A stretch of DNA of 64,000 nucleotides from Fonticula alba ATCC 38817 (Eukaryota > Protista > Nucleariida). The notes beneath the pieces are model-generated. The model saw only the letters and a program-made list of their open reading frames with translations. It had not been told where the DNA came from and did not search any database. Below, one piece after another: positions 1-12,846 of this stretch (within the stretch, counting starts at the first letter, position 1; every line of letters starts with the position of its first letter). The position numbers and the translations under genes are program-made. The stretch is taken from assembly GCA_000388065.2 (NCBI GenBank), contig KB932207.1. The stretch is one strand, 5' to 3'.

Positions 1-1
1 G

Positions 2-460
2 TCGTGGGGTGGATCTGAGAACCCCGCGCGCACGCGTGTCTCCCTCCTTTCCTGGGCCACCGAACTGGCCCGGTACTCGGCGGCCATCTGGCTGTCGATC
101 TACCCCGCATTCCTCCTGAGGAGGAATGCCATTCAAGCATGCCATAATCCCCCACGGGGCCGTTCACGTGGGGATCTTGTAATTCAACCTGTGACTTGGT
201 TTATAGAGATTGGGGGATACCACTACACATGCACCGTGGTCATGTGTTTCGGATCATCGACATGTCATGTGACGGCGTCAGCCGCGTTCCCCCTGTTCCC
301 CGCGACCGTGCCTGCCCGCGCCCGCCGGCGTCCGGTCGTCCGCAGCACGTCCCCCCCCCCAGCTGGCGAACGCTTATTGAGACCGCAGGCAAAGCTCCCC
401 CCACCTTGTCTGGAGCACTCGGCCCCCCCGCCCCCCCCCCCTCGTGTTTCGTTGGGATGA
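2..460 (+). CDS. Possible 3' end of a gene entering from the left edge (frame 2 open from base 2 to the stop at 460)
   Basis: Frame 2 has no stop from position 2 through the tracked ORF 191..460 (…LSWATELARYSAAIWLSIYPAFLL…VTWFIEIGGYHYTCTVVMCFG…). No family motif recognised; may be chance in GC-rich DNA. Confidence 0.25.
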   Translation, partial: SWGGSENPARTRVSLLSWATELARYSAAIWLSIYPAFLLRRNAIQACHNPPRGRSRGDLVIQPVTWFIEIGGYHYTCTVVMCFGSSTCHVTASAAFPLFPATVPARARRRPVVRSTSPPPAGERLLRPQAKLPPPCLEHSAPPPPPPRVSLG

Positions 461-552
461 TGATTGCGCTCACTTTGCCAGCTCTCCGGCTCAGTGCGAA
501 TGACGCCCCGCGAGGGAAGCCAGCAGGCCGATCCACATTCACCCATCCGCAC

Positions 553-561
553 GCACACACA

Positions 562-635
<74 letters not shown>
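553..635. repeat. (CA)n microsatellite
   Basis: Direct: about 40 CA units with one interruption, downstream of the MMS19 stop. Confidence 0.95.
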
Positions 636-637
<2 letters not shown>

Positions 638-819
638 GGACGAAGAGGAAAAGGCATATATTGGTGGACCCCGGGGACTCTCGGAGGGCGACGAGTCGTG
701 CACAAGGAAGGGGGAGGGTCTGGCATGACACAGTCAAGGGAGATAGGCCCAGCTCCAAGGAAAACCAACGGGGGGGGGGGGGGGGGGGGGAGGGCACCGG
801 CGCCCGGGGGCAAGCACCA

Positions 820-3800
820 TTACAGGTCCCCAGGGGCGCGGTGCCACGCCTCGCGTGCGGCGACCGCCACCCGCCGGACCGCTCGCGCCGGGTCGTCCAC
901 TCCAAAGCCAGGCCCCTGGACTTGGGAGAACCGCTGGGGAGCCCCATCGCCGCCCTCCAGCAGCAGCAGCTCGCGGTCTTCGTCCATGGCGTCGCCATCG
1001 GGGGTGCTGCTAACCTGAAGCCCGGCCGCCCCGCGCAGGGGATACGACGCCTCGGCGAAGTACCACCGAATAAGCGGCCCACAGCCGCCGAGCATGCGCA
1101 GCAGGCATGGCCGCCAGATGGCCAAGCTGGCACCGACCGGATCGGGTGGACCGCCGGCCGGGCCCGTGAGGGGGGTCACACCGCGAGCGCGGTGCGCCGC
1201 ATACCGCAGGACCGCCATGGCGGTCAGGCGAAGAGGCTTCGATCGCCGAGGAGCGGGGGGGGGGGGGGGGAGAGCGTGAGAAAGGGGGGCGGAGAGACAC
1301 ACACAGAGACAGGGCAAGGGGAAGAGGGAGGAAGGGGGCGAGCTTGCTCGCGCGCGCCCGGCGCATGGACGCACCAGTGACCGGCCCTGCTGGATGGCAT
1401 GCAGCGCGGCCAGCAAGATGACCGCCAGACCGGGGTTGGCCCGGGGGATCTGCAGGCTGAGCATGACCCCCTCGAAGGCCCGGGCGAAACGCTCGGCCCC
1501 GTGCTGCCCGAAGCGCCGGAGAAGGTTGGTGCACAGCACTGACGACGACCCGGGCGCATCGGCCAGAGCCCCCTCACGTCCGCCAGCCAGGCAGGGACAC
1601 AGGGAGGAAACCGACGCCGCGCCCAGGGGGTGGTGATGCCGCGACGACGATGCAGCACCGCCAGGAGGGCCCCCATCGCCGGTCAGCACGGGCGAGCAGT
1701 CGCCCTGGCAGGCGCCCGGCCCGGCACGCGCGCCCACCGAGAACTCCGCCAGCCCGGCCGTCGGCGACAAGATGGCCGAGGCCACCGACGCCGTGACCAC
1801 CGTGTACAGGCGCTCGTCAACCACCTCGCGCGGCAGCATCAAGAAGGAGGCCAGCAATGCCAGGCGAATCTGCGACAAAAGCGAGGGGGCGGCGGGCCCC
1901 GAACCGGAAGAAGGGTCATCTCCGCCCGGGGCGGCACCGTCGTCCCCATCGGTACGCGGGGCTGGCCCGGTCAAGTCTTCGCTGATGGCCGGCGCCAGCG
2001 TGGCGAGCATGCAGAAGAGCGCCACGAATCGGCGCTGCTCCGCCGGCGCAAACAGGCGCTGCTGGTCTGGAGCGTCCGGCACGGGGCGCATGCTCGGCAG
2101 GGCAAACAGCGCAAAGAGATGCTCATCGGCGAAGAGCGACCCCCGCAGGGCGAAGTAGAGGCGCTGCCGGAAGAGAGGCTGACATGGGGGGAGGGAGGGG
2201 GGGGGGGGGGGGGGCACCGAGATCTACACTCGGGGGGGGGGGGGGGGCACGTTAGTCCAAGGAGCTCGGCCCCGAGGAGACGCCACTCCTCCATCCAGGC
2301 ATGCTGACAGAGCACAAGCGCGGCACCTCTGACCGAGGGCGCCCGAGACCACCACCCGCCCCGTGTTTCATCCCAGCGGACAGGAGAGAGCGAGCGAGGG
2401 GGTGCGCAGCATCCGTACCTTGACCACAAAGGAGGGCGATGCGGCCACGGGCCCGGCCGTGGTGCCAGCCGCCGGCAGAGGGGGCGCCGCGCCAGCCGAG
2501 AACAGCAGCCCAATGCGCAGAGCCGCATACACGCCGAGACCATGCTGCGCCGAGGAGAGCGGCCCACATACACGATTCTCCGCCATCTCGCCGTCGGCCA
2601 CCTCGCGCAGGAGGTGCTCGCTATCACCGGAGGTGATCGTCCGACAGAGGCGCGCCAGCAGGGCAACCGGGGCCTGGGCCGCCGCTGCCAAGCCCTGCAA
2701 AGCAAACACCACCAGGTCCACAGCCGCCCGGTGAAGGCGCATCGCGGTGGCCAGGTCCGGTCGGCGGCTGTCCTGCATCAGCCAGTTGTCCGGTAGCCCG
2801 GCGGCCAGCAGGCCGCTGTGCAGAATGCTCTCGAGGCAGGTGCGCAGGCACTCCTGCAAGAAGGGGACCACTGGGAGCGGTGACAGGGGGGGGGGGGGGG
2901 GGAAGCACAAGGCAGGGCAGGGACGGCCATGCAAACATGCGAATGTGGTCATGTGTCAGACGGCCATGGGCCTGTCGGATGAAGGACCCCCAGCGCGCGA
3001 GGCGAGAACCATGGCGGAAGGGACCCCAAAGGGAGAGGCCATGGGAGAAAGACGCACCAGCTGGCTGATCCGGCACCGAGGCGCCGGCCGCCTTGTTGCA
3101 CAGGCTGGAAATGGCCATCAGCGAGCCCGAGGCCAGGAAGCCGGAGGTTCCGCGCTCGGCAGCCCGGTCCGCCACCAGGACCTTGCCACACACGCGCGTC
3201 GGGTCCGGCGCCACGCCGAAGCCGAGCCCCGACAGGTAGGACTCGAAGAGGACATCAAACAGCAGCCCCAGCAGCCCAAGGCGCAGGGTCGGGTGGCCAA
3301 CCAGCGGGCCGAGACTCGGGGGGAGGGACGTTCCAGGCGGGCCACCAGGAGTCATCAGCGCCTCGAACACCGGCACGCCGGCCACTTGAGTCATACTGAT
3401 TAGGAGGGTAGCCTGTGCCATGCGCACCAGCGCGAAAGTGGCCGGGGGGGGGGGGAGTGAAGGGATGTCAGTTCCGGCAAATCCAAAGGGACAAATGTTG
3501 GCCCTGAGCAAGGACAGGCAGGCCGGGAAAAGAAATGGGGAGGGAAAGAGAGGGAAAGAGAGGGAAAGAGAGGGAAAGAGAGAGGGAAAGAGAGGAAGAG
3601 AGAGGGAAAGAGAGGAAGAGAGAGGGAAAGAGAGGAAGAGAGAGGGAAAGAGAGGAAGAGAGAGGGAAAGAGAGAGGAAGAGAGGGAAAGAGGGAAAGAG
3701 AGAGGGAAAGAGAGGAAGAGAGGGAAAGAGAGAGGGAAAGAGAAAAAGGGAGGAAGGAACAAAGAGAAAGAGAGCAAGCATACCGGCACAAAGGTCCCAG

Positions 3801-5516
3801 CGCTCAACCGATCGAAGGGAGTCTCCCCGACCGAGGGCGACGGAGTGGCGGTCGACGACGCCGCGGTCGATGAAGCCGCGGTCGAATGGTCGAAGCTCCG
3901 ACCAAGCAGAGCGACAATCTCCTCGAGCATGTCGCTATCGAAAGAAGAGCCCGAGCATCATTGGGAGATGGCGCGAGGACACATGGGCGAGAAAGACAAG
4001 ATGCCCTGTCAGAGGGGAAGATGTGCCCAAGAGGACATGAGGGCGAAAGGGAAAAAAGGGGCGAGGGAGGCCGGGAGACAGGGCCATCCGGCCAGCCGGG
4101 ACACGCACACATGGCCGAGAAGCACCCCGCAGAAGCGCCCAAGCGAGCCGAGAGACGAGCAGATGACATCGGCGAAGGGACCCCCGGAGGCGACATCCAC
4201 CGCCGGGGTGGCGAGCAGCCCCCGGAGAAGGGCCCGTGCCACTGGCGCCGCGGAGGGCCCCTGCCCGAGGCCCCCATCGATCAGGCCCTCGGTGATGGCC
4301 TCCAGCGTGGCCAGCACCCAGGCCACCCGCGCACTGACCTCGGCCATGGGCCGGCTCTCGGGCACCAGACGCCCGAGGGCCGCCAGAACGGCCTCCGGCA
4401 CGCACGGCCCAAACAGCGGGTCCATGCTCAGGCCGACCAGCAGGCGGCGCAGAGCCAGCGGGGCCTGGAGCGACGCGCGCCCGGCGGACCCGGCCTCGCC
4501 GGTGGGCACGCCGAAGAGACAGCAGCTGATGACCGGCCGGGCGAAGAGCCCCAGAAGCTCGGCCACCACCACACCGGCCAGATCGCCCCAGCGAAGGATC
4601 TCTCCACTGCCATCGAGACCGGAGCAGGGCAGCGCCATATCCGGGCCGGCAAACATCGGCGAATCCTCCGCCGGGGCCCAGCCGGCCAGCCAGCCTGGCA
4701 GGCCGGCCTTGATGGCTGCCGGGGGGAGGGCCAGGCGGCCCAAGTCCAGGCCACCGGTCACCTGCCGGAGGATCGGCAACAGGGCATCCACAATGAAGGA
4801 GGTCACGCTGGCCGGGGCGTCGGGGTCCGGATCGCCGGCGGCCGGCGAGGCGTCGGCAGTGCCGAGGCGCTCGGCCGCCAGGATGGGCCGCGAGATCTGC
4901 CCCGCCAGCAGAGTCAAGATCCCCCGACGCTCGGAGGCATCCAGCAGCAGGACCGCCGGGGCGTCCGGATCGCGCCGGGTCCCCGTCAAGCCCGCATACA
5001 GGTCCACCAACAACAGAGCGCCGAGGCCGCGGATGCCGGTTCGTTGCAGGGCATGGCTTGACGCATGAACANNNNNNNNNNNNNNNNNNNNNNNNNGGGG
5101 GACCAGACTTTGGAAGGGGGATGACCAGATGCAAAGGGCGTACCGTAGAAGGTGGACAAAAGCCGGGACTTAAGCCGCCCGAGGGAGTGACACACCCGGA
5201 AGCCCGGCTCATCGTCGCCAGTGTCCTGCTGCAGCGACCACAGCGGCGACACCGACACCAGCGAGCCGACCACCGCCACAATGGAGGAGGCCGCCACGGT
5301 CCGGCGCTGCTGGGCATTCGGCAGCAAGGACGAACGGGAAGACTTGACGTCGGCCGGGGGGGGAGATCCCGGGGCCGAGGTCAGCGCCCCGGTCGGATGG
5401 AAGGGAACCGAGGAGAAGGCCTCGATGAGCGGGCCCAGGGTGGCCTCCAGGAGCCACCGCGACGAGTTGGCTATGGTTCACATTCGGCGTGAGTGTCATT
5501 GGCGAGGGAAGGATCA

Positions 5517-5557
<41 letters not shown>

Positions 5558-7739
5558 GCAGGTGGGAGAATGCGGGACACCCGAAAGGGGCCGGTCGAAA
5601 GGAGGGGCACGTACGGCTTCCCTGTGCCAGGGCGGCGATGATGCGGCCAACCGAGTCGACCTTCTTCTCGGCTGAATGCGAAGAGAGCCAGGAGGTCAGA
5701 CAAGAGAGGACACAGGACAACGGGCAGGGAGCGTGGGAGAAGGAAAGAAACAGGGGAAAAGACCGGAGCAAGAGCAAAAGCAAAGGCTCACACAAACCAC
5801 CTACCCTGTAGGCTTGACAGACACTCGGCCAGGACCGGCTCAATGAAGGACTCCACAAAGCCAAGGCGCTGACGGGACCCGCCGCGTGAGGGGGCCCGGG
5901 CCGCGGTGCGGACCACCTCGGACAGGGCATGCGACGCGGCCCGACGCTCGGCCGCGTCCTCCTTCTCCAGGCGCGAGACGGTTGCCGCCCCGGCCGGCAG
6001 GGCATCCCCATGCTCCATGGCCACATCGTCCAGCAGGTGCCCCATCAGGGCATCGCGCAGCTCGGCCAGCGCGCCAAAGGCAATGGGAGCCGACGCCGGG
6101 AGCGGACCCCCGGCCGAGGACGCCGCATTGATCCCGGAGCCTGGGCTTCCCGGGCCCAGCAGCCCGGCCCGCAGGCAGGCACAGGTGTCGGGATTGCAGC
6201 CGCAGGTGCCGGGGCTGCCGACACCCGAGGCACCGGTGCCGGAACCGCTGCGACCCTCGTCCATCATGTCGGTGCTGGCATGGAGCGAGCCGACGCTGTC
6301 CGGGGCAAAGCGCCCGAAAGCCGGCAGCGTGCCCCAATTCCAGGCACCGCACACCCGAGCCACGCAATCCAGCACACAGAGGCGGACCTCGGCCACGGCG
6401 ATGGTTGACCCGACCCCGGCGCCGCCGATGCCGCCGAGATCGGCGATCTTCTCGGTCAGCAGCTCGACCAAAGCCAGCAGGACGTCCGGGGCGCCATGGC
6501 GCGCGGCCGCCACAAAGACGGCCGTCAGTTGCTGGCGCAGGGCCGCCACGTCGATGGCCACGGCGCCGGCCCCAGGCCCGGAGGGGGCTGTGAAGGAAAT
6601 CGGGAAGTAGACACTGATGACATCGAAGAGCTCGCCGGCGAGGGCCTCGGCCACGGCCGGAGACCGGCGCTGGGGGCCAGTCCCCTCGGCAGGGGACCGC
6701 GCCAGGGCCAATGGAGCCGGCAGCCCGAGGAACACGCGTTCGGCCAGGGCAAAGCACACGGCCAGGCACCGGGGATCGCGCTCGCCCTTCATCGACCGAA
6801 CAAAGGTATCGGCCAGGTCGACGCCATGATTGAAGAAGTCTTCGTGAAGGGAGGATGTAAGTGGACCTGGCCTCAGAGCGCCCAGGCGTGGCGGCGGGCG
6901 ACAAAGCGGCAGGATGACGAAGCGGCCAGGCAAGACCAATCACGCACAGGCGTCATGGCGGTAGAAGAGCCGCGCGAGCAGGGCATAGGCGAAACGTCGC
7001 GTGCGCATGGGGAACTGACTCATCGGCAGCGAGGCAAGCATGCTTCCAGCAGGGGGAGGGGGGAGGGGGAAACAGACAGGGTCAGCAGAACAAAAGACGC
7101 ATGCGGGGACATGACGAACGAGGGGGAAGGGGGAGGGGGAGGGGAAGAGGAAGGGGGAGGGGGAGGGGAAGGGAAGGGAGGGACAGAGTAGATACAGACA
7201 CAGAGACAGACACAGAGACAGACACAGAGACAGACACAGAGACAGACACAGAGACAGACACAAAGCAAGGGGAAGAACAAGAGAAGAGGAGACATACCCG
7301 GGGACGTGCTCAAGAAGCGGCGCCGGGAAACCGGGGAACTGGTCCACCAGGACCATGAGCCCGGCAAAGAAGCTCCCGGCGAAGATGGGCGCAAACGTCG
7401 AGGCCAGCAGCGCAAAGGAGAGCCCCTGGCGGAAGAGGAAGATCAACGAGGCAACTGGAGCCGGGATTGCAACAGACACGTCAGCAGGCCGATGGGCGGA
7501 CACAGCCGAAATGCTCCATGGGCCGAAGGAAGGAGGGGCAAGGAAACACGGCACGCACATTGCTCCTCGGACACGCGCTCGATGCCCGGAAGCAGACGCC
7601 CGGTGGTGAAGACTCCCGCGCCGGACCCAGCCGCCGGGAGGTTGTCCTCCACAAGGAGGATGAACACCCGTGAGAGGGTTTCAAAAGTGAGCACCAGAGG
7701 CTCGATCAGGAGGCGGAGCTCCGGCGAGTCGTGTGCCAT
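820..7739 (-). CDS. MMS19: MMS19/MET18, HEAT-repeat scaffold of the cytosolic Fe-S assembly targeting complex (multi-exon)
   Basis: The N-terminal exon reads FVRSMKGERDPRCLAVCF…ELFDVISVYFPISFTAP (MMS19 'dGEKDPRNL…ELFEVtsCYFPIdF'). The C-terminus reads GVDDPARAVRRVAVAAREAW (MMS19 'LDD.KRlVRkeAV.aR..W'), with TAA at 820-822. Start ATG at 7739 (MAHDSPEL). The first five introns were traced with consistent phases; one junction falls in the gap at 5073-5096. Confidence 0.9.
3540..3745. repeat. Purine-rich (AGAGGGAAAG/AGAGGAAG)n minisatellite in an MMS19 intron
   Basis: Direct tandem repeat; produces spurious (ER)n and (SL)n ORFs. Confidence 0.9.
7194..7262. repeat. (ACACAGAGACAG)n 12-bp tandem repeat in an MMS19 intron
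   Basis: About 5-6 direct copies. Confidence 0.9.
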
Positions 7740-9160
7740 GTGGAAGATGCTGCTCGGAGGGAGGCAGCTCGGACGCGCGACGTCCAGGAAGCCGGCCAGG
7801 GCGCCGGAGAAATCCACGCGGAAATCTGAACGGAGTCTTAGTCGGCGACCGGTGGGAGGGGGGAATGGGGAAGCCCCTGGGGCGAGGCGATCTGGCTCGA
7901 GAAGGGAGAGGGGGAAGGAAACCGAGGGACAACGCACGGTCGGCCAGCCGGTGAACAATGGCCTGGAAGCCCGGTGCCGAATCAAGCGCCTGTGGGGCAA
8001 CAGCGCAGCTTGGGCCGAACTCGAGCGCCGCAGCATAGAGCTCGGCCAGCCCGGGGCCGGGGGGAGCATGCTGCTCAGCCATCCTCTGGTGCCTGGGTCA
8101 AAGAGCGGGCAATGGGAGGCAGCCGGCGGGGGGNNNNNNNNNNNNNNNNNNNNNNNNNNNNNNNNNNNNNGGGAGGGATCTGGCAGGGGGACAAATCGCG
8201 GAGGGTGTGGGAGAGAGAGGAGGGTGTGGGGGGAGCGCGCTAGCACCCATCTCTTCGACCAGGGTGGGCTTTTCGTCGCACCGGGTCTCACCGTGCGGGC
8301 ATCGCGAGGAGGGGAGGGACTCCCGGCTCGTCGGGCGCTAACCGACACACAATACACCCTTTGAGAAGGAGAGATCTATGCTGCCCGCCTGGGCGGCGAT
8401 CGTCTCCGCGCGGGCAAGCCCTCACCCCCCCCCCCCCCCTGCCTCCGTTTCGGCCCTCGGGAGGTGGATCGATGCTTCCCGGCCCCGGGCCGGGTGGTGC
8501 GCCCCTGCCCTCGCCCCACCGGGGGGCCCGGGGAGCAGGGAGGGGGGCGGAAAGACGGGGGCCTGGCAATAAACTGCGCGCGCGCGTAACACCCCAAGCA
8601 CCAAGACATGCGGAGCCCACCATGGGGTATCCCCACCACACGACGCACCCCCTTTCTCTTTCGCCCTCCTGTCTATGCCTCTCTCTCTCTCCCTCTCTCT
8701 TCCTTGCTCTCTGTTTCGGCCCGGAACATCCGCCCCCCGCCCCCCCGCCCCGCAGCCCCCCGGCGGGGCGGGGCACCACCGCGCCGCCGCACATCGGCCG
8801 GCATGGAGGCAGACCGGCGGAGAGCTGGCGGATTTAAACTAGCCGTCACGTGCACTTGAGACTGTCGTCACTCTGATCCCACAACCATGTGCAGAAAGGA
8901 GCATCTGGATTCTGCGCACTAGAGTGAAATGGTGTTCTGTGTGGGGGCACCGGACGAGGGCCGGGGGGGGTTGGGGGCTGGGGGCGGGTGCTGGGGGGAG
9001 GGGTCTGCCTCCCCCCCCCCCCCCCCCCCCCGCCTGTTCCTTTGCTCGCCGCGCCCGGCGCCGCCAACGGCGTACCTCCGCCCGGTGCCCATCGGCCTTG
9101 CAATGGTCTGGAATCCTCCGCGCCGCCGGCCAGAGAGGCACCCTCGCAGCATGTCTCGAA

Positions 9161-9193
<33 letters not shown>

Positions 9194-10006
9194 AGACCTG
9201 TGCCGTGCTGGCCNNNNNNNNNNNNNNNNNNNNNNNNNNNNNNNNNNNNNNNNNNNNNNNNNNNNNNNNNNNNNNNNNNNNNNNNNNNNNNNNNNNNNNN
9301 NNNNNNNNNNNNNNNNNNNNNNNNNNNNNNNNNNNNNNNNNNNNNNNNNNNNNNNNNNNNNNNNNNNNNNNNNNNNNNNNNNNNNNNNNNNNNNNNNNNN
9401 NNNNNNNNNNNNNNNNNNNNNNNNNNNNNNNNNNNNNNNNNNNNNNNNNNNNNNNNNNNNNNNNNNNNNNNNNNNNNNNNNNNNNNNNNNNNNNNNNNNN
9501 NNNNNNNNNNNNNNNNNNNNNNNNNNNNNNNNNNNNCGAAGGGGGCGGGGGGCGGGGGGGGGGGGGGGGGAAGACCTGTGCCGTGCTGGCCACACGTTTA
9601 CATCCTCGGGTCCCCCGGCCTGACCCTCGCCTGCAAGGCGGAAACCAGACAAGGGCCGTGCAGAGGGCGAACCCTACTGCCCGGCCAGCAAGTCCGCACG
9701 CCCGGACAATTGGTATCCCAGTCCTGCCCCAGTGGGGGTGCGGAGCCGGGAACGCGGGGCGCAGGGAGGCGGGGGGTGGTCCGCCCGGGTGGCCCATTCG
9801 TGCGCCCGCCCACACGCTCCCCCCCCCTCGGCGCCGGGGCACAGGTGTGGGGGCGGGGGGGGGGGGGGGCCGAGGCGCGCGGGTGGCCAATTTTTATCCT
9901 CCCACCCTCGGTGCCTCTTGACCGCAGGTCCCCGGGTACCAAGGAAATTCCCCGACTACCCAGTTGTGCAATCTCCCGTCGCCTCCCCTCCCCCCTCCCC
10001 CCCCCT

Positions 10007-10041
<35 letters not shown>

Positions 10042-10961
10042 ATGTACTCCATTGCCGCTTACTCCTCCATCCGCCGTGCCGGCTTCGGCTTCCGTGGCGC
10101 CGCTGTACGTCACTCTCCGCCCTTATGCCAGGGCGGCAGCCCAGTGTGCCAACCGCGGGAGGACCGTGCGCGCGCGCGCGCAACTATACGCGCGTGTGAA
10201 AGCCGCCGCTTTCTTGTCGGGCGGGGACACCGGCTCGTGCCTTTGCGCACCTGAATAGGGGTGGGCTCTTGCCGTCTCCTCCCCTGCGTGGCCGGGGTCG
10301 TCACGCATGACCGCATGGGTCCTTGCCTCCCCCCTCGCGCCCCCTCTTCCACACACATGTCTTTCGTTATCGCCCCAGTCTCCTGCCTCTCTCTCTCTCT
10401 CTCCTGGGCGCCCGTCCCTCCCCGTCTCCCCCAGCCCTAACACCCACACTCTCCCCCCACCACTGCCCCCGCCGCCCTCTCACCCCCTGCGCAGGCCCTT
10501 CCCCAGCTTTTCTCTCGCGCCTACGGTGCCGCCGCTGGCCTCACCCACGACGAGGTCGAGTCTCGTGTCATGAACACTGTCGGCTCCTTCGGCAAGATCC
10601 AGCCCGAGCAGGTTCGTCTCGAACGCGCGCGCGCGCGCGCCCACCGTGTCCTTCCCCTTGCCGCCCCCCCCCCCCCCAGCCACTCCTCTTGCTCCTGCCT
10701 TTGACTCACCAAATGCCATTTCTCTCGCCTACCCGCTCGGACCTCCGGCGCCCTCCCACCCCCCGCCCCCCACCGGCTCCACAGGTCTCCACCTCCTCCC
10801 ACTTCGTCACCGACCTCGGCCTGGACTCCCTCGACGTTGTCGACCTCGTCCTCGAGCTCGAGGCCGAGTTCAACATCGAGATCCCCGATGCCGATGCCGA
10901 GAAGATCCTCTGCGTCAACTCCGCCATCAAGTACATCGCCAACAACCCCAACGCCCACTAA
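10042..10961 (+). CDS. NDUFAB1: Mitochondrial acyl carrier protein (118 aa, 3 exons: 10042-10104, 10495-10611, 10785-10961)
   Basis: Spliced product [21 protein letters not shown]|[10 protein letters not shown]…[20 protein letters not shown]|[41 protein letters not shown]. It contains the phosphopantetheine DSL motif and an Arg/Ser-rich presequence; all introns are phase 0 GT-AG. Confidence 0.95.
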
Positions 10962-11795
10962 GTGGCTTTCCCCCTTCGCCCCCGCGCGCCCCTCCACTCG
11001 CCTATGGGATGGGTGCCGTCTCCCGCGGCACCCGCTGTATGGGAGGGATGCGGGGGGGCGGGGCCATCCAGCCACCCCTCTCCCTCTTCCCCCTGCGTCG
11101 TTCCCGCGCGCACCACCCCCCGGGGTCAGGGGAGCTGTGTCTCCTCGTGCGCGCGTAGTAGACCCTCCCTCCTCTCATATATATACACACACACACACAC
11201 ACAAATCCCACACCCTCTACCGGCTGTGCGCCCCTGGTATTTCCTCCCTCCTCCAGAGGGCGAGGATGGAAATGGCGCCAGCACACACACACACACACAC
11301 ACGCAGTGCGGCGTACAAGACAAAAATAGCAGTGACACTGGCCGCACATGGCTCGGTATGGATGCGTGCGGTCCCCCCATGTGCACACTGAGGGGCAGCG
11401 GCGCGGGGCTGGGCGGGCAGCGGTGCGGCAGAGCGCAAGTGAAGGCACTTTTTGCGGGCCCCAGGGGCAGGGGAGGGGGCGGGGACCGGGTCCAACGGCC
11501 GGAGCCTTCACCACGGCGCCGGGGGTGGGGGGAGGGGGGGTCGGACGGAGCCCCACTCACGGCGCCCGCCCGCCCGCCCGCCCGCCCGCCCGCACATCCG
11601 CCACTGCATTGGCAGGCGGTGCGCGGCCGGAACGGCGTGACAAATGTATCCTCCCTTTTTTGTATGTGTCTCAAATATTAAGAGCCCATTTACGACGACC
11701 ACCGGGGCGCCTGCATGATGTTCACTTGCAATGTGCTCGTGAATGGACCTGCCTGACGCAATGTGCCTTCACCGGCGACACCCGCCCACACAAAT

Positions 11796-11846
<51 letters not shown>

Positions 11847-12175
11847 GAGGCGCCACCGATCTTTCTTGTTTTTTTGCCTTGCCGATCGCCCCGGCGAGAC
11901 GCTCAGCCCGGCTGCCCGTGTTGCCGGACCGGCGGAGCCCCGGCGAAAGTCGGCGGCGACCGCTCGCGCCCGTGGCCGCGCGCGTCCGGATATCAGCGCC
12001 CACATCGCGCAGGTCAGCGCCCCTCCCCGGGCGTCAGAGCAGGATCCCCCTCTTCCACCTGCCTCCGCCCCGCCTCCCCGCCTCCCCGCCTCCCCGCCTC
12101 CCCGCCTTCGCGCCCTTGCGCCTTCGCGCACCCCTCCCCCGCCTGCACCCGCCCCCAACACGTTCGACCACCGCG

Positions 12176-12798
12176 ATGGTCATCGAGGACGCGTCCATCG
12201 AGCGCTTCTGCCGCGGCTGCCGGGATTATGTCCCGGCCGTCCGACGCCAAGTGGACCAAAACAATCCGCCGATCCGGCGGCCACATGAAGCCATGGCCCA
12301 GGATCCGGGCCTCTCGGATGGTCTCTGCGATGAGTGCATCGTCCGGCTCATGTCCCCGGAAAAGTATGTCACCCGGTCCTTTGCCTCGGCCAGCTTGCGC
12401 ACGGTCCTACACCAGTACAAGAGTGCGTTTGCTCCTTTCCTCTCCTGCTGCTCGCTCTCCTCTTCGGCCACTCACCCGGTTCGCCTCGCCGGACAGTGAC
12501 CCATCTGGTCATGTCCAATCGCTTTGCCAGTTGGATTGGTTTGGCGACCCTGCGCGTCCTTACGTCGCCGGTCCTCACCTGGTCGGCGGCCCGGCTGGTG
12601 TGCTTTGTCCTGCGCCGGCCTCTGCCGGCCGGGACGCCGACCGCCCTGTGGCCGGTCCCGGGTCCCGAGCGGCAGATCATGCCGCGCCCTTTCCCCCTGG
12701 CCTGTGCCGGCCAGCCCTTCACCCCGGTATCCATCTCCAGCCTGCTTCCGCTGATCAGGAGGGTGCGCACTTGTTTCGCCCTCTCTTGCCCTCTTGCG

Positions 12799-12846
<48 letters not shown>

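Noticed and set aside
196-5068. Numerous long plus-strand ORFs (e.g. 196..1380, 3845..5068, 3886..5061)
   Set aside because: Antisense to MMS19 or built from microsatellites (HT/CV/ER repeats); Arg/Gly/Pro-rich composition typical of non-coding frames.
9147-9592. Identical sequence (CGAAGGGG…GGAAGACCTGTGCCGTGCTGGCC) on both sides of an N gap, resembling a direct repeat or target-site duplication
   Set aside because: Most simply an unmerged contig overlap at a poly-G tract (assembly artefact), not a mobile element.
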